Assembly: GCF_044324785.1 (NCBI RefSeq)
Contig: NZ_CP172128.1
DNA length: 64,000 nucleotides
Strand: one strand, 5' to 3'
Source of the DNA: Escherichia coli
Lineage (GTDB): Bacteria > Pseudomonadota > Gammaproteobacteria > Enterobacterales > Enterobacteriaceae
In this document: positions 11,061 to 19,899 of the stretch, in pieces
How the letters are laid out: each line of letters begins with the position of its first letter
Position numbering within the stretch: the first letter of the stretch is position 1
Notes under the pieces: model-generated
The model's database searches: none
What the model was told of the DNA's origin: nothing
The model's input: the letters and a program-made list of their open reading frames with translations, nothing else
Program-made: the position numbers and the translations under genes

Positions 11061-11552
11061 TTATTTTTTATTCTGTTTCCTCCAGACCCATGGTGGCACC
11101 GGATTTTCATCTGCCCATAATCCCCGTTTAAGGGCACGGGCATCGCGCTGGAGAGCCGGGAGAGTATAGTCCTTGTTGTAGTCCGGGTATACCCAGGCCG
11201 CTCCCTTCCTGATTTGCTCACGATTCGCTTCAGTGCCGTCAGCGGTATAGACTCTGCCGAGAATACGGTTATATCTGTCGGTCTGTAAGTATTGTACGGT
11301 TACAGGCTTACCGGCCACCAGGTCTTTTAACTGAGAGGCAGACCAGCGTCCAAAGGGCTGTTTCTTTTCCGGTGCATCAATATTTGCCAGGCGGACCCTG
11401 ACAGTTTTTTTATCCTGTAATATTTCCAGTGTATCACCATCAAGAACGCGGATAACGTTTCCCTGAATCTGTGCAGCGCAGAGGGAACCTGAAAAAATAA
11501 TAGCGAGAGAGAACATATATTTTATCATTTTATTACATCCTTTTTTATTCAT
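11061..11552 (-). CDS. nuc: Secreted thermonuclease (micrococcal nuclease/SNase family), Nuc-like
   Basis: Signal peptide (MIKYMFSLAIIFSGSLCAAQ) and SNase motifs (VIRVLDGDT..., RLANIDAPE...); probable true start at the internal Met (MIKYMF). Confidence 0.8.
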   Translation of the reverse strand: MNKKGCNKMIKYMFSLAIIFSGSLCAAQIQGNVIRVLDGDTLEILQDKKTVRVRLANIDAPEKKQPFGRWSASQLKDLVAGKPVTVQYLQTDRYNRILGRVYTADGTEANREQIRKGAAWVYPDYNKDYTLPALQRDARALKRGLWADENPVPPWVWRKQNKK

Positions 11553-11692
11553 GAAAAACAGGCGGCGTTTATATTACGGAATAATATCGTTAAGTTGAGT
11601 TTATGTTTCCGGTAATGTAATGCTTCACGCAGAGCATGAATTCCAGTAGGCTAATATTCATGATGATATAGTAACAGATATCCGGTGACAGT

Positions 11693-12316
11693 ATGCAGGA
11701 ACATATTGATTATCAGATTGAGAAATATCAGTTCAGGGCCAGGAATGAGTCTCCGCGACTGATGCGCCAGTGGGCAGATGTCATGCGTGAATGCCGTGAT
11801 ACCGGAGCAGGAGCCAGGGAGCGGCTGCGGATTGCCTTACTTAATGTTGATTATGTGACCAGTTTTGAACTGCCGTTTCGTCTGCTGTTAACCCGGACAC
11901 CGCAGATGATTGACAGCGTGCGGCGGGAATGGCAGCTCAGCCAGAAAAAAGTCGTATTCAATGAGCGGCAGCGGGGATGTGTATACAGTCTGCAGAATGA
12001 CTTATCCGGCGTGCCGGATAGCTTCAGTTACAGTCTTGCGACGCGAATACGGCGGGTGGACAGCTATGGCATGACGACGCGTTGTTTCACTGATATAGCC
12101 GGGCAGGTTAAAGCCCCGACAGCACGGCTGAAACTGGCGCTGGAAAGCGGGTTAATTGTCACCGCGCTGGATGGTCTGTTCTGGCTTGGTATTCAGCGTA
12201 TTGCCGCAGATGTGCAGCGGCTGCGTCAGTCCGGAATGACAATCATCACCCGGGATGTTGAGGTCTCAGACTCGCTGACCGGAACCACACGGGTTGTTTC
12301 CGGGTACAGCCTTTGA
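11693..12316 (+). CDS. Hypothetical protein (207 aa)
   Basis: Long ORF, divergent from nuc; no family recognised by eye. Confidence 0.45.
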   Translation: MQEHIDYQIEKYQFRARNESPRLMRQWADVMRECRDTGAGARERLRIALLNVDYVTSFELPFRLLLTRTPQMIDSVRREWQLSQKKVVFNERQRGCVYSLQNDLSGVPDSFSYSLATRIRRVDSYGMTTRCFTDIAGQVKAPTARLKLALESGLIVTALDGLFWLGIQRIAADVQRLRQSGMTIITRDVEVSDSLTGTTRVVSGYSL

Positions 12317-12517
12317 TTTATGCAACAAAGTATCGCAGCGTCGAATATGAGCTATGGCCAGATTTTTGTTAATCGTGGTTGTTGCAACATGTAAGGCGAA
12401 TGACCACACTATTCTGGTACGCTCGTAATCACGCTGAAATTCTGCTTCCTGTCCTGCCGTGATGAGTTCCGACCAGGACATACGGCGAAGTGTATGTCTG
12501 TCAGTAATATCCGTCAT
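12266..12517 (-). CDS. Hypothetical small protein (83 aa)
   Basis: ORF overlapping stop/start with the next gene; last member of a compact minus-strand 4-ORF cluster. Confidence 0.3.
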   Translation of the reverse strand: MTDITDRHTLRRMSWSELITAGQEAEFQRDYERTRIVWSFALHVATTTINKNLAIAHIRRCDTLLHKSKAVPGNNPCGSGQRV

Positions 12518-12729
12518 GAGCTCTCAGCCTCCTCCTTCGTATTTCCGTCAGAAACACAAACGCCCCGCAGAGAAAATTCGCCAACATTCTCCTTTTTAAT
12601 GGCGCGCAATGCATCGCGGCAGGCCCGTTCGGTATGAAAGGCCTGGCTGTGCACCGCCAGTGTGGGCTGACGGGCATCACCGGAAGAGACATTAAAGGGC
12701 GATGAAAGCCAGAAAATCAGTAGCCACAT
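12514..12729 (-). CDS. Hypothetical small secreted protein (71 aa)
   Basis: Hydrophobic N-terminus MWLLIFWLSSPFNVSSG resembling a signal peptide. Confidence 0.4.
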   Translation of the reverse strand: MWLLIFWLSSPFNVSSGDARQPTLAVHSQAFHTERACRDALRAIKKENVGEFSLRGVCVSDGNTKEEAESS

Positions 12730-12732
12730 GCG

Positions 12733-13116
12733 TCACACCTCGTCCTTTTTATGCGGGTATCTGGACAGAATATTGAGCGCCTGTAATGGCGCTTCATGCA
12801 TTTCACGGATACAACGGGCATCGGTGATATTTTCCCGGTAATGTGTGGTTTCCAGCATCATATGATGCATATGGAGCATCCGGGCCAGGGCTGCGCGGAG
12901 TTCTTCAATATGTTGTTCATGGGAATGCTGGCGGGGCTGTATCCGGCAGAGAGGGATAACCTCCACATCATCCGGGTGCGCGCGAAGCCACGCGTCAGTG
13001 ACTGCAATGTCGTCAGTGTAAAACCATGTGCCGGATGTCCCGTTGGCCAGAAAACGCATTTTCCAGGCTTCTGGGGTGGCGGTTGTGTTGTTATCTTTCA
13101 TGGTGCCACCACTCAT
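12733..13116 (-). CDS. Hypothetical protein (127 aa)
   Basis: ORF overlapping the stop of the upstream gene (13113); His/Met-rich stretch LHMHHMMLETTHY. Confidence 0.45.
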   Translation of the reverse strand: MSGGTMKDNNTTATPEAWKMRFLANGTSGTWFYTDDIAVTDAWLRAHPDDVEVIPLCRIQPRQHSHEQHIEELRAALARMLHMHHMMLETTHYRENITDARCIREMHEAPLQALNILSRYPHKKDEV

Positions 13117-13304
13117 TCAACAGGCTTAATGCTGTCCAGGCGCAGTCTGCTCAGACTGTCGTGGCTGCCACAGCGGCGTCCGGTGCTTTTGCTGTAGCAC
13201 TCCTGCCCCCTGATACACCATGCCGTTGGCGTTTCGTAGAGGCTGACACGTCGGGTTTTATCTTTAATGATGAGAAGCCCGGTGTGAGTTTTTGTCTTTT
13301 TCAT
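13113..13304 (-). CDS. Hypothetical small protein (63 aa)
   Basis: First ORF of the compact minus-strand cluster; basic N-terminus, three Cys. Confidence 0.35.
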   Translation of the reverse strand: MKKTKTHTGLLIIKDKTRRVSLYETPTAWCIRGQECYSKSTGRRCGSHDSLSRLRLDSIKPVE

Positions 13305-13400
13305 CGGTGGGGTACAAACGCAGAAATTTTGTTGTCATTACATCATCAGTTTTAGCCTGCAGAGACGCTGAAAAATCAGCGTTTTCAGACCCTGTTCAGG

Positions 13401-13643
13401 TTAGTGAATATTCTTGCCTGGCCTTTCGGCAATATCAATCCCCTGGAGTTGCATGGATATGCCCATACCGTTGACCATGAGGCTGTTTATGGACTGAACA
13501 CCACATTTCATCATGAGCTCAAAACACAGTGCGCTGAGCATGCCGAGCGCCTCTTCTGAGGACTGGCAGTGTGTATTCAAAAGAGTATTGAACTGTTTAA
13601 CGATATCCGGGGTGAGGCACATACTTTGTATTTCGTCTTTCAT
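13401..13643 (-). CDS. Hypothetical small protein, paralog A of 14177..14479
   Basis: Shares core ...PD(I/V)(V/F)KQF.TLLNTHC.SSE.AL.MLS.LC.ELM... with the second copy. Confidence 0.45.
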   Translation of the reverse strand: MKDEIQSMCLTPDIVKQFNTLLNTHCQSSEEALGMLSALCFELMMKCGVQSINSLMVNGMGISMQLQGIDIAERPGKNIH

Positions 13644-13913
13644 GACTACTCCTTATTTCAGGCATTTTGCATTTTGGGTTAATAACACGAAGCCCGTAGA
13701 CGGAAAACCTGAGGCGTTCGGATGGGATAATTCCCGGGTATTTTCCTGTTCCGGATACAAAAAATATAACGGCATGAAAAGGATTGTGGCGGACAGGAAA
13801 ACAATTAGAATAGCTGCGGGCGCTTGAGGCTGTATGCCGAAAGCGTTTTGTGGACGGCATGCAGCAGAAAGCCCCAGGCGATCTTTTTATCAATCAACCC
13901 AGGGCCCACTGTA

Positions 13914-14117
13914 ATGCCTCAACAACATTATAGTAGCCCGATGACGGCCGAAAGGCAATGGAGGGGCTGCGATGCCACAACGAACGTTTTTAATAATGTT
14001 AATCGTCGTCTGTGTGACGATACTGTGTTTTGTCTGGATGGTGAGGGATTCGCTTTGCGGATTTCGTATCGAGCAGGGAAATACGGTGCTTGTGGCAACG
14101 TTAGCCTACGAAGTTAA
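13914..14117 (+). CDS. Overlapping leader reading frame (mok/pndC-like), copy 1
   Basis: Frame starting MPQQHYSSPMTAERQWRG overlaps the toxin ORF in another frame, as in hok/mok and pndA/pndC organisation. Confidence 0.45.
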   Translation: MPQQHYSSPMTAERQWRGCDATTNVFNNVNRRLCDDTVFCLDGEGFALRISYRAGKYGACGNVSLRS

Positions 14118-14124
14118 ACGTTAA
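13972..14124 (+). CDS. pndA: Hok/Gef-family type I toxin (PndA-like), copy 1, 50 aa
   Basis: MPQRTFLIMLIVVCVTILCFVWMVRDSLCGFRIEQGNTVLVATLAYEVKR: single TM helix followed by the conserved RDSLC...AYE pattern of Hok/PndA. Confidence 0.8.
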   Translation: MPQRTFLIMLIVVCVTILCFVWMVRDSLCGFRIEQGNTVLVATLAYEVKR

Positions 14125-14176
14125 CGGGCAACACGGCGGCAGGACATCTGCCGCCGGATTGTTGCGAAGGCTGACC

Positions 14177-14479
14177 TCAATGCGCCTTGTTTGTCTTTTT
14201 TACCGGACGATGGATCCCACTCCTCCTCATCAGTTCGTAGCAGAGTGTACTCAGCATGGCAAGTGCAGCTTCTGATGATTTACAGTGTGTATTCAGGAGG
14301 GTAAGAAATTGTTTAAAAACATCAGGGTTTATACTGGTGCTTTGATATTCGTTACTCATAGTATTTCCTTTCAGGTCATTATTACTTCCGGATTTAACAT
14401 GATGTCTGTAACCATAAAATAATGAACGTGTTCCGGGAGTCCTTGCCGTGTAGTTTCCCGTAAAAATACTGTTGTGCAT
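14177..14479 (-). CDS. Hypothetical small protein, paralog B of 13401..13643
   Basis: ...NPDVFKQFLTLLNTHCKSSEAALAMLSTLCYELMRR...; true start may be the internal Met (MSNEYQ). Confidence 0.45.
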   Translation of the reverse strand: MHNSIFTGNYTARTPGTRSLFYGYRHHVKSGSNNDLKGNTMSNEYQSTSINPDVFKQFLTLLNTHCKSSEAALAMLSTLCYELMRRSGIHRPVKKTNKAH

Positions 14480-14634
14480 TACATGTCATTAGGTGGAAAC
14501 CGATTGTGGCAGACTGAAAATCGATTAGAATAGCGGCGGGCGCTTGAGGCTGTATGCTGAAAGCGTTTTGTGGACGGCATGCAGCAGAAAGCCCCAGGCG
14601 ATTTTTTTATCAATCAACCCAGGGCTCTACTGTA

Positions 14635-14838
14635 ATGCATCGACAACATTATAGTAGCCCGATGACGGCCGAAAGGCAATGGAGGGGCTGCGATGCCACA
14701 ACGAACGTTTTTAATAATGTTAATCGTCGTCTGTGTGACGATACTGTGTTTTGTCTGGATGGTGAGGGATTCGCTTTGCGGATTCCGTGTCGAGCAGGGA
14801 AACACAGTGCTTGTGGCAACGTTAGCCTACGAAGTTAA
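14635..14838 (+). CDS. Overlapping leader reading frame (mok/pndC-like), copy 2
   Basis: MHRQHYSSPMTAERQWRG... overlapping the toxin ORF. Confidence 0.45.
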   Translation: MHRQHYSSPMTAERQWRGCDATTNVFNNVNRRLCDDTVFCLDGEGFALRIPCRAGKHSACGNVSLRS

Positions 14839-14845
14839 ACGTTAA
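14693..14845 (+). CDS. pndA: Hok/Gef-family type I toxin (PndA-like), copy 2, 50 aa
   Basis: MPQRTFLIMLIVVCVTILCFVWMVRDSLCGFRVEQGNTVLVATLAYEVKR (one I->V difference from copy 1). Confidence 0.8.
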   Translation: MPQRTFLIMLIVVCVTILCFVWMVRDSLCGFRVEQGNTVLVATLAYEVKR

Positions 14846-15096
14846 CGGGCAACACGGCGGCAGGAAATCTGCCGCCGGATTGTTGCGAAAGCAAACCTCA
14901 ATGCGCCCTTTTTTACCTGGATTTCTGCAGCGCGTTTCAGCATAGCATGCAGTTCTGTGCTGATCCTTGCTTCCAGTCGGGCAGTTTGTGTTGCAGATGG
15001 CATGATTTGTACTTCCTGAATATACTGAACGGCAAATTGCCGTATTGTGCTAATTACAGTCTGATACAGGGACGGCAGACAGGCATTCTGCCTGAA

Positions 15097-15128
15097 AAGA
15101 AAAAGCCGGTTCAGAGAAAACCGGCTGA
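15097..15128 (-). terminator. Rho-independent terminator downstream of excA (minus-strand sense)
   Basis: Minus strand reads agccggtt-ttctctga-aaccggct followed by ttttcttttc; ~30 bp 3' of the excA stop. Confidence 0.55.
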
Positions 15129-15158
15129 CGGATTACCGTCTAACAGTTGGTCGCTACC

Positions 15159-15803
15159 TTACAATACTTCTGCAACAGGCACACCGGCAACTTTTTCCCA
15201 TTCTTTAACCCGATACCGAATCATCTGCGGGAAACGCTCTTTGTACTCATATCCACGTGCAGCCATGGTGTGCATGGTGTTGGCCAGCGTCCTTGCTGAG
15301 ATGCCGGAGATTTCAAGAGGGATCATCGGCAGACTCACATAGGTGGTGTGGATTTCCAGCTTGCCGTCTTCAGCAACTGTTCGGGTGAAGTTGTGAATAT
15401 CCAGACCAATCACATCCATGACATTGTTTGGGTAAATGCGCACATACAGCATGGTGCCGTTTTTAATGTCGATCCCGAAATAGCAACTCTTCGAGAATGA
15501 CAGTTGCTCGTAATCGCTGGTCGGCGCAAAGGGACTGCTTTCTTTTATCTTCTTAACAACCTGCAGGATTTTCTTTTTCTTCGCTCTGGTTTTCAGATAT
15601 AGCCAGAGTAATGGGATTATGAGTAACGTCCAACTTCCATATGCATATATATAATCATATTTAGTTGAATAGATATCTAGACTTAATGCTGTAAAAGCAA
15701 TGGCACAAAAAATTAAAAATGGAACTCCAAATAAAAAATAAGCGTTGCGGACAAGGTAATAATATGCCCACCAGGAAGGATATCTGCTTTTTTGTTCATT
15801 CAT
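15159..15803 (-). CDS. excA: Entry-exclusion protein ExcA-like (inner membrane)
   Basis: 214 aa with hydrophobic segments; immediately downstream of traY as in R64; assignment is positional and by size only. Confidence 0.5.
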   Translation of the reverse strand: MNEQKSRYPSWWAYYYLVRNAYFLFGVPFLIFCAIAFTALSLDIYSTKYDYIYAYGSWTLLIIPLLWLYLKTRAKKKKILQVVKKIKESSPFAPTSDYEQLSFSKSCYFGIDIKNGTMLYVRIYPNNVMDVIGLDIHNFTRTVAEDGKLEIHTTYVSLPMIPLEISGISARTLANTMHTMAARGYEYKERFPQMIRYRVKEWEKVAGVPVAEVL

Positions 15804-15889
15804 AATAAACCTCCATATTCACCTGGTTGTATTTTAATATCACCAGGCGAATATGGCAATGCTTTTTATTTGTTTTTGATGTTTTTACT

Positions 15890-18055
15890 CTATTGTTTTA
15901 TTCCATCCTTATCATCCCTATTAATATTTTTTAGTTTCTCTTCACGAACGCCAGGTGTTCTGCGTATATTGGTGTTTCCGCCGGCAATAATATCTTTGAC
16001 GGAAGAAACCATATTCCCCAGCATATTAACTCCGTCACGTCCGCCCAGGAAATTAATCACATGGTCTGGCAGATAAGCCTGAAGCGCAAAAACGCCCGCA
16101 ACCAGTGTGGTACATGCGCGGGCATAAATCATCAAAAATCCCGCCACGCTGAACACGCCTGTTACTGAACTTACTTGGACATTCATCAGCGCAGCAGCAA
16201 ACAGTGCATTCAGTATTGTGCCGCCGGCCACGATGGCGACCGATGCAAAAAAGAACCCGAAAACCATCAACAGAGGCCTGATCATGCTGTCTATCAGGTA
16301 GATGTAACCGTAAGCAGCCCGGCTTCCCCGGTCCTGGCTTGTTCCCAGATGGGTGGCAGCCCACAGGGGGCCGGCGGCACATCCAATCAGCACGCTGACT
16401 ATCCAGTTGCCGATGCCGGTCATCCAGAAGATAAACGGAATAAACGGCAGGTAAATGGATAACGAAAAACCGGCACAGAACAGCAAAAACAGCAGGAAGT
16501 AGAGCGGTGGTGCGGAGGCTTCCAGAAAAGCCTTTGCGGCGTCAGATAATCCACTAACGGCATTGACCAGTCGACCAAAAATGGAGTTGCTGCCGGCAGA
16601 GGAAAGCACCCTGACGGTGGTATAACCCGCCCAGATGGTCTCGGTTGTTACCATTGTGTAATCACCGATATCCTTCATCTTCAGCAGAGGATTTGCCTGA
16701 TAGGATGTAGTTCCTGTACTAGAATATACAGTTGCGATTTTATATGTCAGTTTCGAAAAGTCCGGTGACATTAACTTTATAATTGCACTTTGTGGATCAT
16801 TTGTATTGGCAGCATATATCTCATCAGAAGATGTTAGATTTCCCAGCGCAGGAGTATATGGTGAGTTCTGCAACTGTGCCTGGTAAGCTCCTCTGACTTC
16901 CTTCAGGAACTCAGTATCTCCGGCTTCGCCCTGCGATGAAACTCCACTCACAGTGGGGGCACGGTCGGCCAGTTCTGCCAGTCGCTGGTTGGCGGTGGCA
17001 AAGGTCTGGTACCAGGCCCCCAGGGCAACCCAGCCGTAGGTGGTCAGGTAGGATTTCAGCTGCTCCCTGCGCTCAGTTTCTGCGTTATCTGTTGGCAACG
17101 CCTTCTGCACCGTTTCTTCATACCGGTTGGCAGCCTTCTGAATACGGCTTTCAATATCCGGCAGGTTGCCGTTACCCGTGTCGCGCCGGGTCCGGTACGC
17201 TGACACAAATTCCTGTGCTGCGCTGTCCAGGTCACGGAGCATGGTATCCATGGCAGACCGTTGTGCCGTCAGGACTCCCTGATACTCCGTTTCAATGAAG
17301 GGATTGAAAAAATAGTCCAGCGCGGACTGGTTGTTGCTGCCATTCCCTTTCACGGTGAGACTCACACTCCCGCAGGTGGCACTGCCATTTGAAACGGTGA
17401 CGGTATACCTGCCGTTCTCTGTCCGTGAGGATTCGCTCATGGGGGGCGTTGATGAACGGGCAGTACGGTTAAAGTCATCGAGGCCTGCATTCATGGCGTG
17501 TTTGCACAGCGCCATCTCCAGTATTCCCCGTGCTGCCGTGCGGGTGGAGACATGAACTGGCTGTACGGTCATTGAATAGCCTTCAGCAATGTTTTCTGCC
17601 GCTGTCTGAACCATGATATTGGCGGAACCGATGCCCATGATGGATGCGCCCCACAGCATGACCAGTTGCGCCAGACTCCAGCCGGAAGCGGTGGGCACAA
17701 TCATCAAAAATCCACTCACGACACTGAGTATGCCGACGACGTCCCGTCCGTTGTTAAAGACACTGCCCTGGTGGCCGGTGCGGACAACATGACGGATACC
17801 AATAAACAGGAACCAGACTATCCCCATAATGGCGATAATTGCGTTAAACACCATGAACAGGTTGCCGATAATGGTGTTGCTGCTGGCTGTCAGGGGATTT
17901 GTGACCACGTCGCCAAAAATGGTGACCAGTGCCTGGCGCGACAGGTCATCCGGATTGGTGGCGGCGCTCACAATGTCCTGATAGGTGACGAATGCCTGTG
18001 CAGGTACGGCAGCCAGCGCCAGACCCGCACTCAGTGCTCTGGGTATGATTTTCAC
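15890..18055 (-). CDS. traY: TraY-like polytopic inner-membrane protein (DotA-like)
   Basis: 721 aa, N-terminal signal sequence and many TM helices; last large gene before excA. Confidence 0.7.
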   Translation of the reverse strand: MKIIPRALSAGLALAAVPAQAFVTYQDIVSAATNPDDLSRQALVTIFGDVVTNPLTASSNTIIGNLFMVFNAIIAIMGIVWFLFIGIRHVVRTGHQGSVFNNGRDVVGILSVVSGFLMIVPTASGWSLAQLVMLWGASIMGIGSANIMVQTAAENIAEGYSMTVQPVHVSTRTAARGILEMALCKHAMNAGLDDFNRTARSSTPPMSESSRTENGRYTVTVSNGSATCGSVSLTVKGNGSNNQSALDYFFNPFIETEYQGVLTAQRSAMDTMLRDLDSAAQEFVSAYRTRRDTGNGNLPDIESRIQKAANRYEETVQKALPTDNAETERREQLKSYLTTYGWVALGAWYQTFATANQRLAELADRAPTVSGVSSQGEAGDTEFLKEVRGAYQAQLQNSPYTPALGNLTSSDEIYAANTNDPQSAIIKLMSPDFSKLTYKIATVYSSTGTTSYQANPLLKMKDIGDYTMVTTETIWAGYTTVRVLSSAGSNSIFGRLVNAVSGLSDAAKAFLEASAPPLYFLLFLLFCAGFSLSIYLPFIPFIFWMTGIGNWIVSVLIGCAAGPLWAATHLGTSQDRGSRAAYGYIYLIDSMIRPLLMVFGFFFASVAIVAGGTILNALFAAALMNVQVSSVTGVFSVAGFLMIYARACTTLVAGVFALQAYLPDHVINFLGGRDGVNMLGNMVSSVKDIIAGGNTNIRRTPGVREEKLKNINRDDKDGIKQ

Positions 18056-18127
18056 GATAACTCCGGAACCGAAGGGATGCAGGGCATCAGCCTCCGGAAT
18101 GAGGAAAAGGAATTGCAGACCGGACGG

Positions 18128-18697
18128 TCAGTACTGCCGGTGGGTAATGGCCAGCCATGTGGCCTGTTTCCAGCCGTGCCGGGCCTGCAGGTAATCGGGG
18201 AAGGTGCCCTGTTCGTCCTCGCTGACCCGCCGTTCATTCAGTTGCCAGAGGCGGTATGACACAATCAGGGTTTTTGAGGCACACAGTGCTGCAATGGCAC
18301 TCATCAGTAACAGGCAGGCCAGTATACGTATCAGGGTGATGGCCGGAAGCGCTGTGGCAGCAAGGGCCATGCCGCACAGCAGAAGTACCGGTATCATCAT
18401 CAGCCAGAATCCTGTCCGCCAGAACATCCTGCGACGTCGCAGACGCCGATCCAGTTCGTTGACCGTAAGGCCGCTGGCCCTGACGGCTTCTTCCCAGGTC
18501 ATACAGACCGGACTCTCCGGTTGCCGGTCGGGCATGAGGCGCTTCAGGCGCGTTTTATGCTGGCCCAGCATATGGCGGCAGCTGCGCAGCATCCACCGGG
18601 TTTCGGCCAGTGGTGCGAACAGGTTTATCCCGATGTCACCGATGCGGCGGAGACGGGGGGCCGGTTTTTTTTTGTCGGTGCTGTTGTCGTCTTTCAT
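18128..18697 (-). CDS. traX: TraX-like membrane protein
   Basis: 189 aa with two TM helices; positional. Confidence 0.5.
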   Translation of the reverse strand: MKDDNSTDKKKPAPRLRRIGDIGINLFAPLAETRWMLRSCRHMLGQHKTRLKRLMPDRQPESPVCMTWEEAVRASGLTVNELDRRLRRRRMFWRTGFWLMMIPVLLLCGMALAATALPAITLIRILACLLLMSAIAALCASKTLIVSYRLWQLNERRVSEDEQGTFPDYLQARHGWKQATWLAITHRQY

Positions 18698-19899
18698 CTT
18701 ACGCTCCCCTGGCTCATGGCCTGTGACAGTTCACCGAGACGCTGTCCGTAATACTGTCGTGCCGCCAGTGCCAGCTGCTGCCCGGCGATAACATTACCCT
18801 GGCGTATCTGCTCTTTCAGGTCGTTCATCTGCCAGTTCAGCAGGGCGGTAGTGCGCAGCAGTTCACGGAGAAGGTTATCGCCTTCCATGCCCTGCAGATC
18901 CTGCTGCCAGTCGGTGTTTGCATAGCGTCTGCCGGCTTCAAAGGCCTCAAACTCCCGCTGGCTCATGTGACCACGGGTGCGGGCCTCTGATGATGCGGTA
19001 CGGTCAAAATATGCCGCAGCGGATGGTGACTGCAGGGCTTCAGTCAGTGCTCCACGGGTGGCCTCATTAGGGGTACTGTCAGCTATCAGTGACAGTTGCG
19101 GATGAGAGGCGGCATCGATGATGCCGTTGTATTCATTCTGCAGGCCCACATACGTGCGCCCGGTCTGTGTTCCCACTTCACCTTTCCCCGGGGCACGACC
19201 CGCTGACGGTCTGGCGGTGTTTTTCATATAAGCCGTGGCGGCATCAATCTGTTTCTGATCCCAGGTGAGGGCGGCAGGGGTATCTGCTGTGCCTGCGCCC
19301 TGATAGAGCGATCGTACCTGGCTGTCTCCGCCCGGCAGATCGCCCACGGCAGGGCAGACATCGGTTCCGCCAAAGCGGGCATACTCCGCTTCCGTGCAGT
19401 AACCGGCGTGGATGCCGGCACTGTCATACGCCTCGCGGACCGGGGAGTCTGCAGCCCGGGAGAGACGTTCCCGGATGGGTTTACTGCTGACCCCTCCCCC
19501 CTGACTCAGACGTGCCGCTGCAGACGCTGCTGCCCGGCGGCTTTCTGCTGCAATGCCGGACGCGGATTCACTGCAGATGGAGTCCGGCACGCTGAAGCTT
19601 TTCCTGGCCTCCTCGAGGCGGTGTGTTTCATTACTGAATATCATCTGCTGACGGGTGGCCTGCCCGTCCTGGGCAATGACGGTGGCCAGTTTTTCTGAGT
19701 TCTGGGTGATGGCTGTGCCGGTGGCCGTCTGCATACGGACCATCTCTGCCATCACGCCCTGAATGGCGGCCAGCTCCGGCATGATCTGTCGGGTGACCGG
19801 CTGACTGGACACAACATTCACAGAGTAGGCATGGGTGGCAGGGATAACCGCACAGCCTATCAGGAGTGCAAGCAGTGTGGTTGCAGATTGTCTTTGCAT
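18694..19899 (-). CDS. traW: TraW-like lipoprotein
   Basis: Probable start at internal Met (MQRQSATTLLALLIGCAV..., lipobox-like LIGC); ORF track extends to 20004. Confidence 0.55.
   Translation of the reverse strand: MQRQSATTLLALLIGCAVIPATHAYSVNVVSSQPVTRQIMPELAAIQGVMAEMVRMQTATGTAITQNSEKLATVIAQDGQATRQQMIFSNETHRLEEARKSFSVPDSICSESASGIAAESRRAAASAAARLSQGGGVSSKPIRERLSRAADSPVREAYDSAGIHAGYCTEAEYARFGGTDVCPAVGDLPGGDSQVRSLYQGAGTADTPAALTWDQKQIDAATAYMKNTARPSAGRAPGKGEVGTQTGRTYVGLQNEYNGIIDAASHPQLSLIADSTPNEATRGALTEALQSPSAAAYFDRTASSEARTRGHMSQREFEAFEAGRRYANTDWQQDLQGMEGDNLLRELLRTTALLNWQMNDLKEQIRQGNVIAGQQLALAARQYYGQRLGELSQAMSQGSVR

Larger units (their letters stand above)
13782..14186 (+). repeat. Direct repeat copy 1 (~405 bp, ~95% identical to 14502..14907) carrying a pnd/hok-type locus
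   Basis: Base-by-base comparison with the copy ~720 bp downstream shows only scattered substitutions. Confidence 0.85.
14502..14907 (+). repeat. Direct repeat copy 2 (~405 bp) carrying a second pnd/hok-type locus
   Basis: Near-identical to 13782..14186. Confidence 0.85.

Noticed and set aside
13782..14907. Repeated sequence that might be taken for a CRISPR array
   Set aside because: Only two copies of a ~405-bp unit, each containing a protein-coding toxin ORF; no short regular repeat-spacer periodicity and no cas genes.
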